The position numbers were made by a program, and so were the translations under genes. This document shows positions 55,493-62,409 of a stretch of DNA of 62,409 nucleotides, piece by piece; position 1 is the first letter of the stretch, and every line of letters begins with the position of its first letter. The stretch spans positions 1-62,409 of IMG/VR virus record IMGVR_UViG_3300027607_000105; one strand, given 5' to 3'. Source of the DNA: a virus (taxonomy: Duplodnaviria > Caudoviricetes). The notes beneath the pieces are model-generated. The model ran no database searches. It saw only the letters and a program-made list of their open reading frames with translations, and was not told where the DNA came from.

Positions 55493-55745
55493 CCTTCACC
55501 TCCAGTGCTTTAGCCTGATCAACGAGTGAGCGAATCTTGTTGTGAAACGGACTGTCTTTGTGAATTTCGTTGATGCAATCCAACAGTCTGTCCATCTCTT
55601 TCAAACACTCCATCGCCTTGGCGTTGAGGTCGGCTTGTCGTTCTTGAGTGAGCAAAGTCTCATCGCCAAACATAGCTTTCTGTTGTCCCGGCGAAAGCTG
55701 TTGCCACAGCTCGCCAATCTGCTTTTCGTTTGAGTGTCTACTCAC
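55479..55745 (-). CDS. Hypothetical protein
   Basis: GTG start coupled to the upstream stop. Confidence 0.5.
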   Translation of the reverse strand: MSRHSNEKQIGELWQQLSPGQQKAMFGDETLLTQERQADLNAKAMECLKEMDRLLDCINEIHKDSPFHNKIRSLVDQAKALEVKDDAE

Positions 55746-55935
55746 TGTCTTTGCTCCTGGCTTGGTCGTCTTTACCCCACTGTTCAACCCGCTTTTCAAT
55801 GTCCGGCCCAAAGTGTTGGGCGCCATACGCCCAATAAATATCCCGCAATATCTCAGCCGCTTTGGCGTTGTGTTCGTTTATTTCGTCATAGACTATGCAG
55901 GTGTCTATAATTCCCTGCTCATAGGTCTTAGCCAT
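55738..55935 (-). CDS. Hypothetical protein
   Basis: GGAGG RBS. Confidence 0.55.
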   Translation of the reverse strand: MAKTYEQGIIDTCIVYDEINEHNAKAAEILRDIYWAYGAQHFGPDIEKRVEQWGKDDQARSKDSE

Positions 55936-55936
55936 A

Positions 55937-56380
55937 TCATTCCTCCATATGCGCGCGGTCGGGTGACTTCGGCTCCAGCAGATCGTGAATGGCGTCTATG
56001 TCTGGCCACTTACCTTTTGCATCGGGGTCACCAGCAAGGGCCTGGGCTATAAGTTTGACGCGCTTTTGGTCGGCATTTGGTGCACCAATGCTGGTTGCTA
56101 TCCCTAGAGCCACACCCATCAAATCTGTCAGCCCGCCCTCCAACGCTTCGACCCGCGCCTTGAGGGCTGCGTTTTCTTGCCTAAGCGCTGAGCGTTGGCG
56201 CCCTAAATCGATGATCCCAGATTCCAGGTCTTTAATGAAGGCATTGGCCCGTTCAAGCAGAACCGCCGGGTGCTGCTCAAAGTCTTCCAGCTCTGGGGAC
56301 TCAGGTTTAGAGGCTTTAATCATATAGGAATGCCTTTGCTCGACTTCTTCGCGAGGTGATCGGTTTTTAGGTTTTGTCAT
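55937..56380 (-). CDS. Coiled-coil hypothetical protein
   Basis: ORF in the leftward operon. Confidence 0.55.
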   Translation of the reverse strand: MTKPKNRSPREEVEQRHSYMIKASKPESPELEDFEQHPAVLLERANAFIKDLESGIIDLGRQRSALRQENAALKARVEALEGGLTDLMGVALGIATSIGAPNADQKRVKLIAQALAGDPDAKGKWPDIDAIHDLLEPKSPDRAHMEE

Positions 56381-56585
56381 TGGTGGACTCCGCTGCTCGT
56401 TTTCCACCCTCCCAAGCCGCGGCTAGCTCCGGCTTAGTGAAATACTTGAAGTGACAGTTTTCGTCGTTTGCCCCGTTCCGCCCACAATCGAACCCGGCCC
56501 CATAAGCGCGATCCTCGTCTGTCTCTGTGTGGCCGTTTTCCTTTCGGATCATCCGCTCCAATTTTCGCAAGTCACTCTGTGTCAT
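56367..56585 (-). CDS. Hypothetical protein
   Basis: Coupled ORF. Confidence 0.55.
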   Translation of the reverse strand: MTQSDLRKLERMIRKENGHTETDEDRAYGAGFDCGRNGANDENCHFKYFTKPELAAAWEGGKRAAESTNDKT

Positions 56586-56764
56586 GGGCGGGGTCCCCCA
56601 TATCTCTTTGTCCGCTCGCGCTCATCAGCGCCTCCCAGATAGAAGCAAGCCAACATGCAAAGCACAGCCGACCACATGAGAAGTCGGACTTCCCATATCG
56701 TAAATATGACAGTGTCCATCTCAATCTCCATTGCTGTTGTGTTGGGCAAGTACGCCTTTGACAT
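56582..56764 (-). CDS. Small membrane protein
   Basis: One hydrophobic segment. Confidence 0.4.
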   Translation of the reverse strand: MSKAYLPNTTAMEIEMDTVIFTIWEVRLLMWSAVLCMLACFYLGGADERERTKRYGGPRP

Positions 56765-57101
56765 CGGGTGGCTTCCATCCTTCTGGCTTTAGGCGTTTCC
56801 CATCGGCACGAACTGGCCCGCCAGCCTTGTCCATGTTGGACCGGTGGACCTCTTTCCATACCTCGTCAAATGGAATACCGAAACTCAAGGCGGTGCCGAG
56901 AAGGACATAAACCGCATCTGCGATAGCGTCGGCGGCCTCTACAATGTCTTTGTTGGCAATGGCGTAAGAAAGCTCCCGTATCTCTTCGGCCAACAATTCA
57001 TTCCGCAAGTGAACTTCATCATCACTGGGAAAGCCGGGGCGGGGTCCAATTGGCACATCAAGTGCTTTGTGAAATTCCTCTACATCGTCAAAAATTGTCA
57101 T
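56721..57101 (-). CDS. All-alpha NTP pyrophosphohydrolase (MazG/PRA-PH-like)
   Basis: EEIREL...EAADAIADAVYV...EVHRSNMDK...DGK.LKP.GW. Confidence 0.85.
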   Translation of the reverse strand: MTIFDDVEEFHKALDVPIGPRPGFPSDDEVHLRNELLAEEIRELSYAIANKDIVEAADAIADAVYVLLGTALSFGIPFDEVWKEVHRSNMDKAGGPVRADGKRLKPEGWKPPDVKGVLAQHNSNGD

Positions 57102-57174
57102 CTCTCAGTCCTTCCTCCCGCTATGGCGCGGGCTATAAAATGGGTGGCGGTGGGCCGGAGTTACCAGCTTCCCA

Positions 57175-57408
57175 TTAGTCCGAGTGCTCCAAGATCTCGT
57201 GCATGAAATCGATGGTGTAACGAAAGCCGGGGTGCTTGCCAGCCAGCGCACTTGTGATCCTGAGAGCGTGCATGATCTCGGACGGCTCATAGTCGTCGGG
57301 CGATTTATAGTCGTCGTAAGCGGGGCATTCCCCGGCCACAGCCACAACATTGTTCAAAGCCTCTTCGAGGTATTTGATCCTCTGATTTGCTTTCTCTAGT
57401 GGGGTCAT
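57175..57408 (-). CDS. Hypothetical protein
   Basis: Coupled ORF. Confidence 0.55.
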   Translation of the reverse strand: MTPLEKANQRIKYLEEALNNVVAVAGECPAYDDYKSPDDYEPSEIMHALRITSALAGKHPGFRYTIDFMHEILEHSD

Positions 57409-57680
57409 GACCGGTCCCCCGCGTTGGTGGTGGGCTTACCAATCTCGATGAAACCGAGGATTTCACCATTGCCGTCAGTCCAATGATCATGCGACCAACA
57501 CCAGCCCGCCATTGACCATTCGTCTATTCCATCATTCTCGTAGTTGTTTGAGCCGATGGTTACCCACCAAGGAGCGTTTTCAGTCGGGTGGTCGCCGTTC
57601 CGCACCTTCAGCAAAACGAGGCGCCCGTCTTTGCGATAGTGCTCAATCGGGTGAAACGTTGCTATTTCTAGCGGACCCAT
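57405..57680 (-). CDS. Hypothetical protein
   Basis: GGAGG RBS; PIE..KDGR.VLL...AGWCW. Confidence 0.6.
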   Translation of the reverse strand: MGPLEIATFHPIEHYRKDGRLVLLKVRNGDHPTENAPWWVTIGSNNYENDGIDEWSMAGWCWSHDHWTDGNGEILGFIEIGKPTTNAGDRS

Positions 57681-57800
57681 TTTTGCAAAACCTCCGTTTT
57701 TTATTCAGATTCAATTCTAGAAATGGCGGTGGGCCGGGTTGGTTACCGGCCTGGCTAGCTCACATCCCGGTGCGCCGGGTCCGCCACCGCCATAATTCAT

Positions 57801-58031
57801 TCAAGCACCCGTGTTTGGGTTCACTTTCCTGTTCATTGTGCTGTGCACTTCACCGTCCGAATATTTTTCGATCCTGAAAAACCTTCCGCATGAGTGACAT
57901 TTGATAGAACCCTGAGTAACGCCGCCCATAGACTTCAACGTCTTGTTTCCAACCCACCAATCATCAAAAGTGTTACAGTCGCAGGCGGGGCAATGGGGTC
58001 CGTCATCAATTCGGATAGCCAACATGCTCAC
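57801..58031 (-). CDS. Zn-ribbon protein
   Basis: CPAC...CHSC. Confidence 0.55.
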   Translation of the reverse strand: MSMLAIRIDDGPHCPACDCNTFDDWWVGNKTLKSMGGVTQGSIKCHSCGRFFRIEKYSDGEVHSTMNRKVNPNTGA

Positions 58032-58432
58032 GTCTTCTGCTCCTCGGGGGTTGGGGTGTCGTTAGAACGCTTGAAGGCTGCTTGAAGGCCAACGTGTTCT
58101 GAAACGTCATCGTATTTGATGAACTCCATTCGATAACCGTTTGGGTAATGCGCTTGAAAAGTCTCGTGACGATCCGGTCGTGTCCCCTCAAGGATGCCAA
58201 GATCGTGATACATGTAGCCTTCGTTTGAGCAAACATGGCTACCAAGTGCCGCCCCGTCCTCGGCAATTATGACCCCGTTAAACCAACCGGGTCTGCCGCC
58301 ATTGTTGAAACCGTAAATTCTTGGCAACTCTTCCATCGCTAGATTTTGCGGATTGAACACAGCGAAGGGACGGCCATACATTTCCATCTTGTGTTGTGCC
58401 AGATATTGCTCTGCTGCTGCTCGTGTTGTCAC
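58028..58432 (-). CDS. Phage hypothetical protein
   Basis: LPRIYGFNNGG...AEDG..LGSHVCS.E.YM.HDLG. Confidence 0.7.
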   Translation of the reverse strand: MTTRAAAEQYLAQHKMEMYGRPFAVFNPQNLAMEELPRIYGFNNGGRPGWFNGVIIAEDGAALGSHVCSNEGYMYHDLGILEGTRPDRHETFQAHYPNGYRMEFIKYDDVSEHVGLQAAFKRSNDTPTPEEQKT

Positions 58433-58619
58433 ATCGTTTCTCCTGTCTGTGTCTGTGGGGTAATGAGGGGTCCGGGGCTGAGGCGGGAGGCGACTGCACG
58501 GGATCTCTCCCTCACGTCCTTTAAGCCTGTTGAGGCCGATGTCGCCCTATAACGACACGTCCGGGGCCTTGCGAGCTGAGCCGGAACCTCCCTCTGGTGT
58601 ATTCTTTTGATTGCCATCG

Positions 58620-58865
58620 CTACAAACCCAACACCTTCCGCATTTCCCTGCGTTGGATTTGTCGTCCTACTTCAACAGCACGCAGAAGTGCTCTGGAGAT
58701 CTCGCTCGCCCGATGTTCTATGTTCTCGCCGCGCACATAGATCGCCATATCGGTAGCGTTGGCTGGGTATTTGACGTGCGCTTCGTCTGCCTCATCACGG
58801 TTGTCTGTTTCCTTTCCGTCTTTGAACCACGTAATTTTCCCAACACCTTCTTCTCTCCAGGTCAT
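58620..58865 (-). CDS. Hypothetical protein
   Basis: GGAGG RBS; coupled. Confidence 0.55.
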   Translation of the reverse strand: MTWREEGVGKITWFKDGKETDNRDEADEAHVKYPANATDMAIYVRGENIEHRASEISRALLRAVEVGRQIQRREMRKVLGL

Positions 58866-59125
58866 GTCGCCTCCGGGGGTGGGGTGGTGCCTCGACCACC
58901 TTGTTTCTTGCTCTCTGCCAACAGGACTAATTCGAGATCCAGATACTCTGCGACCTTCACCAATGTTGCTGTGTCAGGTATGTCACCATCATGCATTCGA
59001 GTGAGTGTGGTTGGTGAAATGCCGATCTTCTTGGCAGTGTCTCTCAGGCTGTATGAGCCCTGCTTGTAGCGAAGTAGCAGGGGCAGGTCGGACAGTTTGC
59101 ATTTATGGGCATAGAGCTTCTTCAT
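58862..59125 (-). CDS. XRE HTH protein
   Basis: YSLRDTAKKIGISPTTLTRM...PD..TL.KVA. Confidence 0.75.
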   Translation of the reverse strand: MKKLYAHKCKLSDLPLLLRYKQGSYSLRDTAKKIGISPTTLTRMHDGDIPDTATLVKVAEYLDLELVLLAESKKQGGRGTTPPPEAT

Positions 59126-59451
59126 TGTCCGTCTCCCCCGTCGGCAGGGGTGGGGGACAGATCAATGGTTATGCAAGCGATCCAAAGATCCAGTGTGCCG
59201 TAGCAGTCCTGAATCGCGGCCCTATAGGTGCTTCCAAACGTCGTACCATGCTGCTTTTTAAAGCCGGTAATAGTGCCTGAGAGTCGATCGTGCTTGCCGT
59301 AGCCCTTGGAGAGCGTGACAGGGCGACCGATCTTGCAGGTTTGATCATTCCAACCAGCGCCCCACTTGCGCAGTTCATCGCGCTTGTTGCCGTATTTGAA
59401 CGCCTCGAAATGGGCTGTCTTCAACGGAATGAAAAGCGGCTTGTCTTCCAT
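59122..59451 (-). CDS. ASCH/PUA-like domain protein
   Basis: LFIPLK..HFEAFKYGNKRDELR. Confidence 0.6.
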   Translation of the reverse strand: MEDKPLFIPLKTAHFEAFKYGNKRDELRKWGAGWNDQTCKIGRPVTLSKGYGKHDRLSGTITGFKKQHGTTFGSTYRAAIQDCYGTLDLWIACITIDLSPTPADGGDGQ

Positions 59452-59798
59452 CAGCTCTGCCCCCCTGTGAGTGGTGTGTGATTTGGATGCTGTCCAAGCG
59501 CCACGGCCCGGCACATAGCAACCAAGTGTTCAAATGGGTCTCGTTCCTGGCGATGGGAATTGCAGTAAGAGCAAGCCCAGACCATGTTCTTGAGACCTTT
59601 GGCGCCGCCGTCTGCCAACCTGACAACGTGCTCTCGCGTGGCTATGCGCCGCCGAAGCGCTTTTTTAGAACCGTGGGCGAAAGGGACTATGCCAAAGTGT
59701 TCACGGGCGCCCGCTTTATCCATGCGACACCTGAACCACATTTCACAGCCGCAATAGACGCAGTGATCGGATTCAATGGGGGGCTTGGACATGGTCAT
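59451..59798 (-). CDS. HNH endonuclease
   Basis: CVYCG...TREHVV...GG...NMVWACSYCN. Confidence 0.8.
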   Translation of the reverse strand: MTMSKPPIESDHCVYCGCEMWFRCRMDKAGAREHFGIVPFAHGSKKALRRRIATREHVVRLADGGAKGLKNMVWACSYCNSHRQERDPFEHLVAMCRAVALGQHPNHTPLTGGQS

Positions 59799-60364
59799 GC
59801 TGCACCCCCGTTCTGAGAGGGGGAAAGGTTGCCGCTGTTTAGGCCACTGGTTAGGCCTGGGCTCCGCCAGCCGTCGCTGGTAATGCTTACGCGGCGCTCC
59901 CGTTTGCATTCGAGAAAACCTCCGAGTGCCGCTCCAGCCTGCATCACCGCCCAGCTTTTGATTGGCTTCCGGTCTTTTTTGTTTGGCGCCTCGGAGCACC
60001 TACGCAATCCCATGACCGTCCTGGGGGCCGACGCTACGGGTATACTGTCGGCCATTGCTGTCTTTATAGTTGAGGGCCAAATGTCGCCTCCGTCGAAGAG
60101 TTGCCAACTGCCGCTTGGCCACTCCCCATAATAATTGCAGTCAAAGATTCCGGTGGACCCTGCCTCTATTGCGTCGAAGACGGTTCCATCCTTGGGGCAA
60201 TAAATCGCATCGTTCCAACCAAGCTCTTTGAGCCGCTGATAAGCTCGCCACATCTCTCTTATGGCGTCTTGTTCCGTGGGCATGTCTGCGGCGCGCTGGG
60301 CTTCCTCGGCTTCAGCTTGTGACCATAGTTTCTCAGCCAGTTCTGAATCAGTGATGATTGGCAT
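59795..60364 (-). CDS. Phage hypothetical protein (C-terminus may be aberrant)
   Basis: RLKELGWNDAIYCPKDGT.F.AIEAGSTGI. Confidence 0.55.
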   Translation of the reverse strand: MPIITDSELAEKLWSQAEAEEAQRAADMPTEQDAIREMWRAYQRLKELGWNDAIYCPKDGTVFDAIEAGSTGIFDCNYYGEWPSGSWQLFDGGDIWPSTIKTAMADSIPVASAPRTVMGLRRCSEAPNKKDRKPIKSWAVMQAGAALGGFLECKRERRVSITSDGWRSPGLTSGLNSGNLSPSQNGGAA

Positions 60365-60549
60365 CAGATTTTCCTCAATGTCAGGTAGGCAAGTGCGGCA
60401 CACAGACCAAAGTGCCAGCCGCCGTTGTAAGGAGCGCCGAAGCCGTAATAAGCAACAGCCCATATGATCGCTGTCACAAAGGCCCAGAACCCAAAGAACA
60501 GGAAAAAGCCGATTACGTTCCATTCTTCGTCACTTGGTCCCCACATCAC
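60364..60549 (-). CDS. Small membrane protein
   Basis: Two hydrophobic segments. Confidence 0.5.
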   Translation of the reverse strand: MMWGPSDEEWNVIGFFLFFGFWAFVTAIIWAVAYYGFGAPYNGGWHFGLCAALAYLTLRKI

Positions 60550-61376
60550 TCCTGCCCCCCTAGGGGTGAGGGGGCGGCTTCCATTATCGCCCGGCCTATG
60601 ATCTCGGGGATTTGGGGGTGGAGGCTATTCCCGAGGCCTTTGATTGCGTTGGCAACGAGAGATCTGTCCAGTCTTGTGGGACGCCCATCATCCATTCGGC
60701 GAAACGCCTCAAACTTTTCTTCCCAGTTATCGGCCCACCAAGCTCCGCCACAAGCTGCGTGAAAAGCCCATCCCCGGAGGTTGGAGAAGCCCCACGGCGG
60801 TTCCAGTTCCCCGTGACCGTTAGCGTTGCGAGTTTCTTCCGCGACCCGCTCCCGCCGTCCAGCAATCTCACTGCGCCGGTCCTCCCGCTTGAACTTGTTG
60901 GTGTCGGTAAAGGTGATCCAGATCCGGTCCCGATGATGGGGCGATCCCCATTCAACCGCCGAAAGGCGATCCCACTCCGCGTCATACCCGCACTCGGCCA
61001 TGTCCCCGAGTAACGTGCCCATCCCTCGACCAAGCAACGCTGCCACGTTCTCCATGATTGCGTGGAGCGGTCGTACCACGCGAATGGCTCGTACCAGCTC
61101 CCGGTAAAGTCCTGAACGCTGGCCGGCAAGTCCGGCACCTTGTCCAGCGAATGACAAGTCCTGGCAGGGGAATCCGCCTGTAATGACATCGGCCGTTAAT
61201 CCTTCAAATGTTAGCTCCTCGATGTTGCCCAGGACCGGCGTGCCAGGGGCATTCTTATCCAGGACCTCGATGCAAAAGGGATTGGTTTCGCAAAAAGCAA
61301 TGGTCTCGAATCCACCGGCTCGATCGAGGCCGTGGGAGAACATGCCTATGCCGCTAAACAGGTCCAGCACTCTCAT
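60546..61376 (-). CDS. C5-cytosine DNA methyltransferase, alpha polypeptide (motifs I-VIII and X)
   Basis: DLFSGIG, GFPCQD, ENV, RDRIW, GLGNS. Confidence 0.9.
   Translation of the reverse strand: MRVLDLFSGIGMFSHGLDRAGGFETIAFCETNPFCIEVLDKNAPGTPVLGNIEELTFEGLTADVITGGFPCQDLSFAGQGAGLAGQRSGLYRELVRAIRVVRPLHAIMENVAALLGRGMGTLLGDMAECGYDAEWDRLSAVEWGSPHHRDRIWITFTDTNKFKREDRRSEIAGRRERVAEETRNANGHGELEPPWGFSNLRGWAFHAACGGAWWADNWEEKFEAFRRMDDGRPTRLDRSLVANAIKGLGNSLHPQIPEIIGRAIMEAAPSPLGGQE
60596..61189 (-). CDS. Nested out-of-frame beta polypeptide of the C5 methyltransferase (motif IX)
   Basis: 197-aa alternative frame with WP..GM...G, LPTP and FAEWMMGVPQDWT. Confidence 0.7.
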   Translation of the reverse strand: MSLQADSPARTCHSLDKVPDLPASVQDFTGSWYEPFAWYDRSTQSWRTWQRCLVEGWARYSGTWPSAGMTRSGIAFRRLNGDRPIIGTGSGSPLPTPTSSSGRTGAVRLLDGGSGSRKKLATLTVTGNWNRRGASPTSGDGLFTQLVAELGGPITGKKSLRRFAEWMMGVPQDWTDLSLPTQSKASGIASTPKSPRS

Positions 61377-61551
61377 GGGCCACCCCCAATCTCAGAGGGG
61401 GAAAGTGGGACGCGGATTTGACCGAGTGGGGAGCTATTGGGGAGATAACTGCGCCGTGTTCGCGACACGTTCACGGTTTTCCCTCGGTGAACGTTCGTCT
61501 TTTTTCCAAGAGTTCTGCGGTGTTGCGCGGTCCACGACCTCGCGGCTTTCC

Positions 61552-61596
61552 CTGGGGGTGAAGGGGTCGTGGGTTCGAATCCCGCCGCTCCGACCA
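61552..61596 (+). other. attR: 3' half of tRNA-Pro(GGG)
   Basis: CTGGGGGTGAAGGGGTCGTGGGTTCGAATCCCGCCGCTCCGACCA with no matching 5' half upstream. Confidence 0.85.
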
Positions 61597-61616
61597 TTTA
61601 CTTTCGGTCTAACTCT

Positions 61617-61671
61617 CTGTCATTCCGGCCCCGGATCATCGTTCACTTACGTTCACTCTCCGGGATGACAG
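61617..61671. repeat. REP-like palindromic element (host)
   Basis: CTGTCATTCCGG...CCGGGATGACAG inverted arms downstream of the tRNA 3' end. Confidence 0.55.
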
Positions 61672-61830
61672 TTGAGATTTTTTGTCATTTGAATTGAGTT
61701 GAAGATGATCTGGCGTGAAGCATTTCCCAAAAAGATCCTTGCGACCTTTTGAAAATGAGTAGAATTGTTGACTACTCTAGCAAGGGTTGAGTACCGTGTG
61801 AGCGGAAAATGTGGGGGGATAATGTTTTAC

Positions 61831-62409
61831 ATGAGAAGCTTTTTGATTGTCGCAATCGGGATCGTGTTGTCCAGTTGTGCGACGGGTCTTTCTCAAAATA
61901 CCGCTTTTGATTCCAACAGCGAGGTCGGCCTTCTGATTATCGGTTTATCGCAAAGCAAGCCGCCGAGCGATTGGACCGAGATGGGCGAAAACGACAATTT
62001 CAATCTCCGCATCAGGCCTCTGAAGGAAGATAACTCTCTCGCCTTTCAGGGAACCTCGGTCTATCTGAAAGGCGCGGAGCCGGGCGTTATCGAATACAAA
62101 CTGTTCACACTGCCTGCCGGAACACATGTCTTCGCCAACGCAAACAGAAATGTCCCGGGTAAAACATATACGACCTGTTTGAATAAAGGTACGTTCAAAT
62201 TCAATGTGCGAAGCGGAGATATCCTTTATCTGGGTAATGCGTTTTATGAACACCGTAGAAGGCAGCCAGGCAGCGTAACGTTTAACGGCTTTTCAGATAT
62301 TCAAGAGATTGAGGCTGTTCTTAAAGGCTATCCAAATGTTCGTGGTCGGCCTCAAAGAGCGGAACTTATCCGGGCGTCCGTCGACGCTGGCCGCGGGTCG
62401 TCTTGCTGA
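61831..62409 (+). CDS. Host lipoprotein, hypothetical
   Basis: MRSFLIVAIGIVLSS|C lipobox; lies outside attR. Confidence 0.7.
   Translation: MRSFLIVAIGIVLSSCATGLSQNTAFDSNSEVGLLIIGLSQSKPPSDWTEMGENDNFNLRIRPLKEDNSLAFQGTSVYLKGAEPGVIEYKLFTLPAGTHVFANANRNVPGKTYTTCLNKGTFKFNVRSGDILYLGNAFYEHRRRQPGSVTFNGFSDIQEIEAVLKGYPNVRGRPQRAELIRASVDAGRGSSC

Larger units (their letters stand above)
1..61596. mobile_element. Temperate siphovirus-like prophage integrated at tRNA-Pro; attL lies just left of the window
   Basis: Integrase at the left end, complete immunity, replication, head, tail and lysis modules, and a tRNA 3'-half at the right end followed by a host-like gene. Confidence 0.93.

Noticed and set aside
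58470-58595. GC-rich hairpin cluster between leftward genes
   Set aside because: It is foldable, but I could not find a recognisable motif or second copy to support a call.
61520-61596. Intact tRNA-Pro gene
   Set aside because: Only the anticodon loop to CCA is present. The upstream sequence cannot form the acceptor or D arm, so this is attR.
61373-61597. 74-aa ORF MVGAAGFEPTTPSPP
   Set aside because: Typical antisense translation of a tRNA 3' end.
61641-61654. Alphaproteobacterial LexA box
   Set aside because: The spacing is GTTC-N6-GTTC, not N7.
1-62409. CRISPR array, reverse transcriptase/DGR, Ro60/TROVE gene, IS element
   Set aside because: None was seen by eye in the sequence or the ORF translations.

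Overview
The window is an apparently complete ~61.6 kb lambdoid/siphovirus-type prophage, most likely of an Alphaproteobacterium (it carries GcrA-, GapR- and PraR/PhrR-like genes), followed by one host lipoprotein gene. It runs from the tyrosine integrase at the left edge to an attR made of the 3' half of tRNA-Pro(GGG) at 61552-61596. The order is: int/xis and leftward early genes (1-11900), immunity region with pL/pR, operators, a two-HTH CI and Cro (11900-14900), regulation and replication genes (14900-24000), a structured late leader, head genes (25180-34400), tail genes with a -1 frameshifted chaperone (34400-50700), lysis (50700-53900), and a second block of leftward accessory genes (53900-61400). 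Most notable: (1) a 272-aa intein in the MuF head protein carries a Vsr/DUF559-like endonuclease ORF on the opposite strand, codon-for-codon, with both frames open; (2) a circularly permuted tRNA-like RNA (YrlA-like topology, no Ro60 gene in the window) sits with a periodic AG-hexamer tract and a tRNA behind a conserved 251-aa gene; (3) the palindrome TCCCGACGTCGGGA recurs four times (one copy with a single mismatch), once inside an LmbU-like regulator gene and once beside a parS-like site; (4) a C5 methyltransferase has motif IX in a nested out-of-frame ORF. All family assignments come from motifs recognised by eye; no database searches were run.
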